Origin: Acidobacteriota bacterium
GTDB taxonomy: Bacteria; Acidobacteriota; Thermoanaerobaculia; UBA5066
Direction: 5' to 3'
NCBI GenBank assembly: GCA_029781975.1
Contig: JAKOVQ010000003.1
Coordinates: 188,034 to 252,033, forward strand
DNA length: 64,000 bases
Made by a program: the position numbers and the translations under genes. This document shows positions 30,710 to 39,559 of the stretch, one piece after another. Positions within the stretch are counted from its first letter, which is position 1. Each line of letters opens with the position of its first letter. The notes beneath the pieces were generated by a model that saw only the letters and a program-made list of their open reading frames with translations, searched no databases and was not told the DNA's origin.

Positions 30710-31750
30710 ATGCGCCGAACCCTCACAGCGTCCCTCGCCGTCCTGGCGCTCGCGGGCACGGGCCCGCTCCTCGCGCAGGCACCCCTGAACCTGCCGCGCG
30801 TCAGCCCGGCGGCGTCGGTCACGCAGACCATCGGCCTGACGGAGGTGACCGTCAGCTATTCCCGTCCGGCCGTGAACGGCCGGAAGGTCTGGGGCGGCCT
30901 CGTCCCGTGGAACGAGGTCTGGCGGACCGGGGCGAACGAGAACACCACCCTGACCGTCTCCACACCTTTCTCCGTCGGGGGGAAGCAGCTGGCGGCCGGG
31001 ACCTACGGACTCCACACGATCCCGGGCGAGAAGGAGTGGACCTTCATCCTCAGCAGCGAGTCCCACGCGTGGGGGAGCTTCAGCTACGACCCGAAGGAGG
31101 ACGTCGTCCGCGTCACCGCCGTCCCGAAGGCGGCCGAGCACCAGGAGCACCTCGCCTTCACGCTCGACGACCCGACCCTCGAGTCGGTGAACGTCACCCT
31201 CCACTGGGAGAAGGTGAAGGTGGGCTTCCCGCTGAAGGTCGACGCGAAGGCGGTCGTCGTCGCGAGCCTGCGCGAGCAGCTCCGCGGCCTGCCGCGCTTC
31301 TCGTGGCAGGGGTGGAACGGCGCGGCCGCCTGGTGCCTGAAGAACGACACGAACCTCGACGAGGCCGAGCGGTGGATCGACCGGTCGCTCCAGATGAACA
31401 GGAACTTCACGAACATGAGCACGAAGGCGGGCTTCCTCGAGAAGAAGGGGGACGCCAGGGGGGCCGCCGACCTGCGCGCGAAGGCGATGGCGGCGGCCAC
31501 CGAGCAGGAGCTGAACACCTACGGATACCAGCTGATCGCCCAGGGGAAGCTCGAGGAGGCGCTGAAGGTCTTCGAGAGGAACACGAAGGACCACCCGAAG
31601 TCGTGGAACGTCTGGGACTCGTACGCCGAGGGGCTCGCGCAGAAGGGCGACAAGGCGGGCGCGAAGGCGAACTACGAGAAGGCCCTCGCGATGACCGAGG
31701 ACGACACCCAGAAGGAGCGGATCCGGAAGGAGCTGGCGAAGCTGAAGTAG
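30710..31750 (+). CDS. DUF2911 domain protein with C-terminal TPR (exported)
   Basis: AGGAGG RBS; signal peptide; PRVSPAASVTQTIG, YSRP, VWRTGANENT, YGLHTIP; TPR region. Confidence 0.88.
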   Translation: MRRTLTASLAVLALAGTGPLLAQAPLNLPRVSPAASVTQTIGLTEVTVSYSRPAVNGRKVWGGLVPWNEVWRTGANENTTLTVSTPFSVGGKQLAAGTYGLHTIPGEKEWTFILSSESHAWGSFSYDPKEDVVRVTAVPKAAEHQEHLAFTLDDPTLESVNVTLHWEKVKVGFPLKVDAKAVVVASLREQLRGLPRFSWQGWNGAAAWCLKNDTNLDEAERWIDRSLQMNRNFTNMSTKAGFLEKKGDARGAADLRAKAMAAATEQELNTYGYQLIAQGKLEEALKVFERNTKDHPKSWNVWDSYAEGLAQKGDKAGAKANYEKALAMTEDDTQKERIRKELAKLK

Positions 31751-31754
31751 CCCG

Positions 31755-32645
31755 TCAGCCGAGGAGCCCGGCGGCGCGCAGCGTGGCCTCCACCTCGCGG
31801 CGCGCCGCCTCTCCCAGAGGGAGGAGCGGCCCGCGGGGGACCCCGGCGGGCCGCCCGAGCATCTCGAGGGCGGCCTTCAGCCCCGGCACGCCGAAGCGGG
31901 TCGTGACGGCGCGCGCGACCGGCAGCAGCCTCAGGTGGAGCTCGCGGGCCTCGTCGAGCCGCCCCGCGAGGAAGGCCTCGCGGATCGCCGCGCACTCCCG
32001 CGGCGCGACGTTCGCCACCGCCAGGATCGCCCCGACGCAGCCGACCGCGTAGCCGGGGAGCGCCGCGCCGAAGTTGCCCGAGAGGACGTCGAACGCCCCG
32101 GACCCTCGCGTCACGCGGACGAGCTCGGCGAGCTGTCCCACGTCGCCGGCGCTGTCCTTCATCCCGGCGACGTTCTGGTGGCCCGCGAGGGCGGCGGCGA
32201 CGGCGGGGGGCATGTTCAGCCCGGTGTTGGCGGGGACGTTGTAGAGGAGGACCGGGACGGGGGAGGCGTCGGCGACCGCCTCGAAGTGGCGCCGGAGCGC
32301 CTCCTCGGTCATCGCCCCCTTGAAGTAGTACGGCGTCAGGACGAGGACGGCGTCCGCCCCGGCCCCCGCCGCCCTTCGCGTCATCTCGATCGTGGCGCGG
32401 GTCCCGAGCTGGCCCGTCCCCGCGAGGACCGTCCGGCCCGGCCCCGCCGCGGCCCGGACGGAGCCGATCGCCTCGACGGCCTCGTCCACCTCGAGGTGGA
32501 CCGCCTCGCCGTTCGAGCCGAGGACGAGGTAGCCCGCGAGCGGCGTCGCGTTGAGCGAGAGGACGAGGTCGCAGAGGAGCCCGAAGTCGGGCGCGCCGTC
32601 CGCGGCGAACGGGGTGGGGAGGGGAGGGAGGACGCCGTTCAGCAT
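31755..32645 (-). CDS. Dihydrodipicolinate synthase family protein (HOG aldolase-like)
   Basis: PPLPTPF, LGSNGE, LYNVP, Schiff-base GMKDS. Confidence 0.88.
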   Translation of the reverse strand: MLNGVLPPLPTPFAADGAPDFGLLCDLVLSLNATPLAGYLVLGSNGEAVHLEVDEAVEAIGSVRAAAGPGRTVLAGTGQLGTRATIEMTRRAAGAGADAVLVLTPYYFKGAMTEEALRRHFEAVADASPVPVLLYNVPANTGLNMPPAVAAALAGHQNVAGMKDSAGDVGQLAELVRVTRGSGAFDVLSGNFGAALPGYAVGCVGAILAVANVAPRECAAIREAFLAGRLDEARELHLRLLPVARAVTTRFGVPGLKAALEMLGRPAGVPRGPLLPLGEAARREVEATLRAAGLLG

Positions 32646-32654
32646 CGCCCGATC

Positions 32655-32683
32655 TTGGCATGGAGGCGGTGCCGTCCCACATT
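32655..32683 (+). promoter_or_regulatory. Candidate sigma-70 promoter TTGGCA-N17-CACATT (leaderless ridA)
   Basis: -35 at 32655-32660, -10 at 32678-32683, 6 nt to ATG 32690. Confidence 0.45.
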
Positions 32684-32689
32684 CTCCGC

Positions 32690-33070
32690 ATGCACACCAT
32701 CGAGACGCCGCACGCCCCCCACCCCGCCGGCCACTACGCGCAGGCCGTCGTGAACGGCGGCCTCGTCTTCGTGGCCGGCCAGCTTCCGATCGACCCCTCC
32801 GACCCGCAACGCCCTCCCGGCGGCGTGGAGGAGCAGACGGAGCGCGCGCTCCGGAACGTCGAGGCGATCCTCGCCGCCGCTGGCAGCGGTCTCGAACGGC
32901 TGCTGTCCGTGACCGTCTACGTCGCGGACATCGCGCTCTGGCAGCGGGTCAACGCCGTCTACGGACGCGTCCTCGGGGCGCACCGCCCCGCGCGCGCCGT
33001 GGTGCCGGTCCCGCAGCTCCACCATGGCTACCTGGTGGAGGTCCAGGCGGTGGCCGCCGTGCGGGACTGA
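32690..33070 (+). CDS. RidA/YjgF/UK114 family enamine/imine deaminase
   Basis: GHYAQAV, VFVAGQLP, EEQTERALRN, HRPARAVV, VEVQAVA. Alternative start at 32660. Confidence 0.9.
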   Translation: MHTIETPHAPHPAGHYAQAVVNGGLVFVAGQLPIDPSDPQRPPGGVEEQTERALRNVEAILAAAGSGLERLLSVTVYVADIALWQRVNAVYGRVLGAHRPARAVVPVPQLHHGYLVEVQAVAAVRD

Positions 33071-33143
33071 CGCGGGACGGCGGACGCAGGACGAAGGCCC
33101 GACCCCTGGGAGGCCGGGTCGCCGCTGGCGCAGAATGCCGCGC

Positions 33144-34649
33144 ATGCCGAGCGAGGAGCGGGTCGGGGTCTTCCGGCTGATCCTGTGGCTTCTCTGGGCG
33201 GCCATCGTCGTCGTCGTCCCTTCGGTCGGCGTCTGGACGGCGTCGTCCCTCGCGGCCTACCGCAACGGCCCGGTCTGGCTCGTCTGTCTCGCGGGCCTCC
33301 TCCTCTTCCCCGTCCTCCCCCTCCTCTGGGAGGCCCGCGCGGCGCGAAGGCGGGCGAAGCGGGGGGGCGGAGCGAAGCCGGCGCTGACGTTCGGGGACCG
33401 GCTCGTCCTCAGGACCCTCGCGGTGAACGTCCTCTTCCTCGGCGTCCTCCTCGCGGCGTTCCCTGCGGGCGCGTTCGCGGCCCTCTCCACGCGCGGGGAC
33501 TGGTTCCTCGAGGGGAGGAGCGGACCGCGCGTCACCGAGCTGCGCGCCCGCCTCTTCCAGGCGGCGTCGGGGCTCGAGTGGCTCTACCGGCGGGCGCGGA
33601 GGAACCCCTACGAGAAGGAGCTCGACCCCGGGTCGCTCCGCCGCCCCGACGAGACCCCCGTCGCCGCCGTCGTCGAGAGGCAGCCGCTCCCCGAGGCCCC
33701 GGTGCCGGTCCTCGGGGGGCGCCGCGGCGGCGTCATGCCCGAGGCGCCCGTCGACTCCTTCGCCGCCGGGGGCCCCCCCTCCTGGCCGCTCCCCGCCGAG
33801 CTCGCGCCCGTCGTCGCACGGATGGGCCCGGCGGACGAGACGTCGCTCGCCGCCGTCGCCCGGGCCATCGGCGCCGCCGAGACGGACCCGTGGCGCCGGG
33901 TGAAGGCCCTCCACGACTGGGTGGCCGACCGGGTGGCCTACGACGTCGAGGCGCTGAAGGCGGCCGCCCGCCCGCCCCAGGACGCCGAGAGCGTCTTCCG
34001 GACGCGGAAGGCCGTCTGCGCGGGCTACGCGAACCTCCTGGCGGCGATGGGGGAGGTGACGGGAGACGAGATCCGCGTCGTCCCCGGCGACGCCCGCCAG
34101 AGGACCGACGACCTGACCGGGTCGGGGCACGCCTGGAACGCCGCGAGGATCGACGGGCGCTGGGTCCTCGTCGACGCGACGTGGGACGCCGGCTCGATCG
34201 GCGAGGACGGCTTCACGAAGCGCTACGGCACCCGCTACCTCTTCGTCCCGCCCGAGGTCATGGGGGTGACCCACTTCCCCGAGGACCCGGCGTGGCAGCT
34301 GCGCCAGCCGCCGCTCGCGAGGGGGGAGTTCTTCCGGCAGCCGGTCCTCAGGGCGGGCTTCTTCGCCGACGGCCTCCAGCTCGTCTCGCCGGACCGCTCG
34401 CAGGTGACCGTGGATCGAGAGGTCGAGGTCGTCCTGCGCAATCCCCGCGGCCGGTCGCTCCTCTCCGACCTCGAGCCCCTGGACGGCGGCAAGCCGGTCG
34501 ACTGTCGCGTGACGCCGGGGAGCGAGCCGCGGATCGACTGCACCCTGCCGGGCCGCGGGCGCCATCGGCTCCGGATCTTCTCCGCCGCGCCGGGCGTCTC
34601 GTGGCACGACCTCGTCGGCGAGATCGAGGTGAACGGGACCGGGGGATGA
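33144..34649 (+). CDS. Membrane-anchored transglutaminase-like (KY/CYK3-type) protein
   Basis: N-terminal TM helices; ALHDWVADRVAYD, AVCAGYA, HAWNA...LVDATW triad. Confidence 0.8.
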   Translation: MPSEERVGVFRLILWLLWAAIVVVVPSVGVWTASSLAAYRNGPVWLVCLAGLLLFPVLPLLWEARAARRRAKRGGGAKPALTFGDRLVLRTLAVNVLFLGVLLAAFPAGAFAALSTRGDWFLEGRSGPRVTELRARLFQAASGLEWLYRRARRNPYEKELDPGSLRRPDETPVAAVVERQPLPEAPVPVLGGRRGGVMPEAPVDSFAAGGPPSWPLPAELAPVVARMGPADETSLAAVARAIGAAETDPWRRVKALHDWVADRVAYDVEALKAAARPPQDAESVFRTRKAVCAGYANLLAAMGEVTGDEIRVVPGDARQRTDDLTGSGHAWNAARIDGRWVLVDATWDAGSIGEDGFTKRYGTRYLFVPPEVMGVTHFPEDPAWQLRQPPLARGEFFRQPVLRAGFFADGLQLVSPDRSQVTVDREVEVVLRNPRGRSLLSDLEPLDGGKPVDCRVTPGSEPRIDCTLPGRGRHRLRIFSAAPGVSWHDLVGEIEVNGTGG

Positions 34650-34689
34650 CGAACGCGTCCTGGTCCCGACGAGCGGCGTGGAGCGTGGC

Positions 34690-34815
34690 GTGAAGGCCCT
34701 CGTCGTCGAGGGCAGCCGCGCGGCCGTCCTCGGGGCCGGAACGCTCGGCACTCTCGTGGCTCTGGTCCTCCGGGCCGCGGGCGCCGACGTGGCGCTCCTC
34801 GGAAGGGGAGACGAG
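34690..34815 (+). pseudogene. Remnant of a zinc/NAD-dependent dehydrogenase (internally deleted)
   Basis: VKALVVEG is joined directly to a Rossmann motif, AAVLGAGTLGTLVALVLRAAGADVALLGR, then decays into low-complexity sequence. Confidence 0.4.
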
Positions 34816-34861
34816 CCGCGGCGCGGCGGGGGTCCGGAAGGTCCTCCTCCGCCCCCTGACC

Positions 34862-35884
34862 TCAGCCCGGGGGCCGCGTCCTGGCGTTCGCGAGCGCCGA
34901 CTCGACGGCCGCCCGGATCGTCCTCTCCTGTCCCTCCGCCCAGCCCCGGCCGGCGAAGGCGACGGTGCCGTCCGCGCCGAGGACGAAGTAGGCGGGGAGG
35001 CTCGTCACGTCGAAGATGGCGCGTCCCACCTTCACGTTCGGGTCCCATGCCTGGGGCCAGGTCATCCTCTCCTTCGCCACCCGGCTCTTCACGACCGCCT
35101 CGTCCTCGTCCGCGGCGACGCTGACGAGGACGAAGGGCTTCCGGGCGAGGTCGCGCGCGAGCCGCCTCAGGTGCGGGAGCGCCGCGTTGCAGGGCTCGCA
35201 CCAGGTGGCCCAGAAGTCGAGGAGGACGACCTTCCCGCGGAGGCCGTCGGACGTGATCTCGCGTCCGTCCAGCCCGGTGAAGCGGAAGGCGACCTTCCGC
35301 TTCGCGTCGAGCGCGCCGGGGTCCGCGATCATCGCGCGGGCCTTGTCGGCGTCGGGGCCGGAGGGGACGAGCTTCAGGAACTCCTCGAGCTCGGCGACCC
35401 CCTCCTTGCGGCGCCCGAGCCTCAGAAGGACCCGCCCGAGGTTCATCCGGGCCATCCGGGACTCGCCGCCGGTGAGGACGACCACCTGCCGGAAATGGTC
35501 GGCGGCCTCCTCGAGGTCCTTCCTCGAGGCGTCGCGGCGATAGAGGGCGATGGCGAGCTGGCTGTGGGCGGCCGCCTCGAGCGGGTCGCCCGCCAGGAGC
35601 TGGACGGCCCGGCGCCCCGCGGCCACCGCGTCGCCGGCGGCGCCGCGGTTCGCGGCGGTCGCCATCCCGAGCGCGCAGGCGCCGCACGGCGCGCCCGCGA
35701 GCGCCGCGGCTTTCTCGAAGGCGGCCCAGGCCTCCGCGGGACGCCCCTCGTCGAGGAGCGCGGACCCCCTGGCGAGCTCCGTCTCGGACGCCGTCGGCTG
35801 CTGCCCGTCGGCGTACGGGCGGATGACGGCGAGGAAGGCGAGGAGGACGAAGGGGGCGAGGAACGCCAGCCGGGCACGCTGCAT
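34862..35884 (-). CDS. TPR + TlpA-family thiol-disulfide oxidoreductase (exported)
   Basis: ATG 35884 with GGAGG RBS; N-terminal anchor; TPRs; GKVVLLDFWATWCEPC; F..TSLP. Confidence 0.88.
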   Translation of the reverse strand: MQRARLAFLAPFVLLAFLAVIRPYADGQQPTASETELARGSALLDEGRPAEAWAAFEKAAALAGAPCGACALGMATAANRGAAGDAVAAGRRAVQLLAGDPLEAAAHSQLAIALYRRDASRKDLEEAADHFRQVVVLTGGESRMARMNLGRVLLRLGRRKEGVAELEEFLKLVPSGPDADKARAMIADPGALDAKRKVAFRFTGLDGREITSDGLRGKVVLLDFWATWCEPCNAALPHLRRLARDLARKPFVLVSVAADEDEAVVKSRVAKERMTWPQAWDPNVKVGRAIFDVTSLPAYFVLGADGTVAFAGRGWAEGQERTIRAAVESALANARTRPPG

Positions 35885-36164
35885 CGGTGAGACCTCCCGC
35901 GCGGGGCCGTCGTCGGGCGCGGAGGCCCGGCCGCGTGGCGGGGATGATACGCAGCGGGGACGGCGGCCGCGCCGCGGGTCGCCGCGGGGCGGAATCCGGG
36001 GGGCGGGCGAGCCGGGCCCGCGCTCCGTTCCGGGCGGCGATGCTCCGTTCCGGAGGAGGAGCGTCGGTCCCGGCCGTCGTCCTGCGGCCCCGAGGGTGGC
36101 ATCCCGATTGATGATGGTCCTGCGCCGCCGGTGCCCGACGCCCCGGACGGCGAAAGGAGCTCGC

Positions 36165-37190
36165 GTGAACTCTCTCTTCCCCCGCCTCCTCGCCGCCCTC
36201 CTCGCACCGCCCCTCCTCGTCGTTCCGGCCGAGGGGAGGGCCGGGCCCGCCGTGGCGGACCCGCTCGCCTCGCTGGAGGCGCGCCTCCCGTCCCTCGCGC
36301 GCGACGCGCGGGGGGACGTCGGGGTCCACGTCGTCCACCTCCCCTCGGGCCGGACGGCCTCGCTCGCCCCCGACCGGCGCTTCCCGCTGGCGAGCGTCTT
36401 CAAGCTCCCCCTCGCCTGCGCGGTCCTCGCGAAGGCCGACGCGTCGGCCCTCTCGCTCGACGAGAGGATCGAGGTCCGCCGCGGCGACCTGCGCAGGGTC
36501 GGCCCCGTGGAACGGGACTGGAAGCCCGGGACCTCGATCCCGATCGCGAGCCTCCTGGAGGCGATGATGGTCGACAGCGACAACACCGCGGCCGACCTCC
36601 TCCTGGGTCGGATCGGCGGCGCGACGCAGGTCCAGTCGTGGCTGGTCGCGCACGGCCTCGACGGGATCGAGGTGACCGGCTCCGAGCTCGAGATGGCGGC
36701 GCTCTACGAGGGGATCGGCCTGGCGGCGCTTCCCGCCGACCGCCTCTGCGACCCGGCGTGCCTGGCCGCGCTGGCGGACCGGGTCCCGCCGGAGCGGCGC
36801 CGCGAGGCCCGGCTCCGCTTCGAGGAGGCGCCGATGAACGCGGGGACGGCGCGCGGCGTCGCCGAGCTCCTCGTGAGGCTCCGGAAGGGGGAGCTCCTCT
36901 CGGCGGCCTCCACCGGGCGGCTCCTCGACCTGATGGGACGGTGCCGGACCGGCGACGGGAGGATCCGCGGCCTCCTCCCGAAGGGGACGCCCGTCCTCGA
37001 CAAGACCGGGACGGTCGGGAGGGGGGCGAACGACGCCGGCCTCGTCACGCTCCCCGGCGGGCGGGGAGAGATCGCCGTCGTCGTCCTCGTCCAGGGCTCC
37101 GAGGCGACGCCCCGCGAGAGGGACCGCGTGATCGCCCGGATCGCCCGCGCGGCGTTCGACGCGTCCGGAAGAGGTGTTTACAAAAAGTAA
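36165..37190 (+). CDS. Class A beta-lactamase-like serine hydrolase with omega-loop insertion
   Basis: GTG 36165 with AAAGGAG RBS; signal peptide; FPLASVFK (SxxK), SDN, SELE (E166-like), DKTG. Confidence 0.85.
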   Translation: MNSLFPRLLAALLAPPLLVVPAEGRAGPAVADPLASLEARLPSLARDARGDVGVHVVHLPSGRTASLAPDRRFPLASVFKLPLACAVLAKADASALSLDERIEVRRGDLRRVGPVERDWKPGTSIPIASLLEAMMVDSDNTAADLLLGRIGGATQVQSWLVAHGLDGIEVTGSELEMAALYEGIGLAALPADRLCDPACLAALADRVPPERRREARLRFEEAPMNAGTARGVAELLVRLRKGELLSAASTGRLLDLMGRCRTGDGRIRGLLPKGTPVLDKTGTVGRGANDAGLVTLPGGRGEIAVVVLVQGSEATPRERDRVIARIARAAFDASGRGVYKK

Positions 37191-37238
37191 AAAAATTCTC
37201 CGCCTCTCTTTACGAAACGACCAGATCGGTCCCATATT
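37177..37238 (+). promoter_or_regulatory. AT-rich regulatory island upstream of lrp: palindrome TTTAC-N5-GTAAA and candidate promoter TTTACG-N18-CATATT
   Basis: Palindrome at 37177-37191; TTTACG 37209-37214; CATATT 37233-37238; GACC-N5-GGTC at 37219-37231. Conspicuous A/T run in GC-rich DNA. Confidence 0.55.
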
Positions 37239-37253
37239 GTGGGCGGAGCGACG

Positions 37254-37757
37254 ATGACGAGGCCCCTTCTCGACGACGACCTGAACCGGAAGCTGGTGGC
37301 GATCCTCCTCTCCGAGGGGAGGATCAGCCACGCCGAGCTGGCCGAGCGGCTCGGCGTCAGCCGCCCGACGGTGATCGAGCGGGTCCGCAGGCTCGAGGAG
37401 CAGGGGATCGTCGAGGGGTACGCCGCGGTCGTCCGCCCCGCCTCGGTCGGCAAGCCTGTCGTCTCCTTCGTCGCCGTAAGGTACCGGCCCGGGATCGACG
37501 AGGCCGGGGAGCAGAAGTTCGTCGCCGCGGTCCGGAAGGAGCCCGACGTCCTCGAGGCCCACACCGTCGCCGGGGAGGACTGCCTCCTCCTCAAGGTCGT
37601 CGCGGCCGACCCGCAGGCGCTCCACGAGCTCCTCCGGAGGATCCGGAATCACGGGACCCAGGTGACGACGCGGACGACCGTCGTCCTCGAGACCCACTTC
37701 GTCAAGCCGGGGCCGAGCCCGCTCCCCGCCGAGGAGCGGAAGGGAGGGAAGGCGTGA
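37254..37757 (+). CDS. Lrp/AsnC family transcriptional regulator
   Basis: LDDDLNRKLVAILLSEGRISHAELAERLGVSRPTVIERVRRLEEQGIVEGY; VAGEDCLLLKV. Confidence 0.93.
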   Translation: MTRPLLDDDLNRKLVAILLSEGRISHAELAERLGVSRPTVIERVRRLEEQGIVEGYAAVVRPASVGKPVVSFVAVRYRPGIDEAGEQKFVAAVRKEPDVLEAHTVAGEDCLLLKVVAADPQALHELLRRIRNHGTQVTTRTTVVLETHFVKPGPSPLPAEERKGGKA

Positions 37758-38749
37758 GCCCCCCTGCCGCCGCCCGCGCGATCGAGGAGACCGTCGAGCC
37801 CTCGGCCGAGACCGCCCCGGCCTGCGCGGCGGGGCTGCCGGCTCTCGCCGTCCCGGCGGCCGGGAGCCGTGGGGCGGAGCGCGACCGTGCGCAGCTCGTC
37901 GCCTGGCTCGCCTACGCCACGTGCGCCGTGGTTTGGGGCAGCACCTACCTCGCCATCGCGGTCGCGCTCGACTCGTTCACCCCTTACGGGATGGTCGCGG
38001 TGAGGTTCGGGATCGCCGCGGTCCTTACCCTCGGCCTCGGCCGCCTCCTGGGCGAGCCGCTCCCGAGCGCCCGCGAGCTGCCGCACCTCCTCTGGGTCGG
38101 CACCCTCCTCCTCGGCATCTGCAACACCCTCGTCGTCTGGTCCGAGAGGCACGTCAGCTCCGGCGTGGCGGCGGTCCTCTGCGCGCTCGTCCCCGCGTGG
38201 TTCGCCGTCCTGACGATGAAGAGCGAGCCGCTCGGGGCGAGGGGCTGGGCGGGGACCGCGCTCGGCCTCGCCGGGGTGGCCGTCCTCGTCGCCCCTTCCG
38301 GCGGGCACGCGATCTCCCTCGCGGGGGTCGGCGCGATCCTCGTCTCGACGGCGCTCTGGGCGGTGGGGACGCTCCACCACCGGAACCACGTCCGCGGGGG
38401 GGGCGTCCTGACGAACGCGGGGATCGAGATGGTGGCCGCGGCCGTCATCGGGAACGTCGCCGCCCCCCTCTTCGGGGGCTTCGTGACCCGCCCGCCGACC
38501 CCACGGGCCCTCGTCGCGGTCGGGTACCTCGCGATCTTCGGGTCGTGCCTCGCCTACACGGCGCACAGCTACCTGGCGAAGGCGTGGAACCCGGTCCGGT
38601 CCGGGACCTACGCCTACCTCAACCCGGTGATCGCGGTCGTCCTCGGCGCGGCCCTCCTCGGCGAGCGCTTCACGCCGCGGATGGGGCTCGGGATGGCCGT
38701 CATCCTCGCCGGCGTCGCGCTGGTGCAGTACCGCGGACGCGGGCGCTGA
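37754..38749 (+). CDS. EamA/DMT family transporter (YedA-like)
   Basis: GTG overlaps the lrp stop; VVWGSTYLAI, SSGVAAVL, YLAIFGSCLAY, YAYLNPVIAV. Confidence 0.88.
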   Translation: MSPPAAARAIEETVEPSAETAPACAAGLPALAVPAAGSRGAERDRAQLVAWLAYATCAVVWGSTYLAIAVALDSFTPYGMVAVRFGIAAVLTLGLGRLLGEPLPSARELPHLLWVGTLLLGICNTLVVWSERHVSSGVAAVLCALVPAWFAVLTMKSEPLGARGWAGTALGLAGVAVLVAPSGGHAISLAGVGAILVSTALWAVGTLHHRNHVRGGGVLTNAGIEMVAAAVIGNVAAPLFGGFVTRPPTPRALVAVGYLAIFGSCLAYTAHSYLAKAWNPVRSGTYAYLNPVIAVVLGAALLGERFTPRMGLGMAVILAGVALVQYRGRGR

Positions 38750-38786
38750 ACGGAATCGCGCCGCGGCGCGATCCCGCCGCCGCGCG

Positions 38787-39404
38787 TCAGCGTCCCCCCT
38801 TCGCCCCGCCGGGGGGGGCAGGGCCGAGCGCGACGAACTGGCCCGCGGTGGCGCGGATCTCCTCGGCGCCGTAGACCTTCCCGTCGGCGAACGCCTCCTC
38901 GCCGCAGAGCGCGCGGACCTTCAGGTCCCAGGTCTCCCGGGACGCGACCGTGTGGGGCCAGAAGGGGAAGGCGCGGCACTGGAGCGGGCGGACGTCGTAG
39001 ACCCCGCAGCGGTTCGTCGCGTCCTCGAGGAAGACGCAGCCGTGCGGGAGGAACTTCAGCGAGACGCCGGGCTGCGGCTGGCCCGGCACCGGGACGTCGC
39101 GGGTGTAGCGCGCGCGGAAGTCGGGGACCGACAGGCCCAGGTAGGTCGCCATCCGGATGACGTCGATCGCCCCGAGCCAGACGTATCCCTGCTGTCGGCA
39201 GCAGGCCCCGCAGCCGGTGCAGCCGAAGCGGATCCCCTCGTGGTACCAGGGGAGGGCGGCGACCGGCTCGGGCGGAGCCTCGGGACCCGCGGGCTCGCCG
39301 TGGGGCTGCCCGGCCGGGGCGCCGGCGTACGGGACGGGTCCGCCGGGCCCGGAGGGGCCTGGTTCGTCGCTCGTCGGAGAGGACGGGCTGCCGTGTTCGC
39401 TCAC
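38787..39404 (-). CDS. YkgJ family cysteine-cluster protein
   Basis: FGCTGCGACC, CVFL...CGVYDVRPLQCRAFPFW, terminal C; GAGGAG RBS. Confidence 0.88.
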   Translation of the reverse strand: MSEHGSPSSPTSDEPGPSGPGGPVPYAGAPAGQPHGEPAGPEAPPEPVAALPWYHEGIRFGCTGCGACCRQQGYVWLGAIDVIRMATYLGLSVPDFRARYTRDVPVPGQPQPGVSLKFLPHGCVFLEDATNRCGVYDVRPLQCRAFPFWPHTVASRETWDLKVRALCGEEAFADGKVYGAEEIRATAGQFVALGPAPPGGAKGGR

Positions 39405-39559
39405 CGGGGGGCGCTCCTCGTCTCCTCGCGGGTCCTGCGGGGCACCATCGATTGTAGGACCGCGTCTCGCCTTCGGGGAGCGGGGCTGCGCCCGTCGTTG
39501 ATTCGGCTCCCCGCCCGGTCCATCCTCTCCGCGGGACGGGGGTCCCTCGAGGTGTTTTC

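Noticed and set aside
26963-31594. Very long Arg/Gly/Pro-rich alternative-frame ORFs (e.g. 26963..31594, 32949..37697, 41869..46992, 21220..25365, 4732..7305, 17837..21103)
   Set aside because: Shadow ORFs caused by stop-codon scarcity in high-GC DNA. They overlap genes with clear family motifs and have no motifs of their own.
39405-39559. Possible purine or Moco riboswitch upstream of xdh
   Set aside because: I could not recognise the conserved cores of the purine, Moco or ZTP aptamers. An Infernal/Rfam scan would be decisive.
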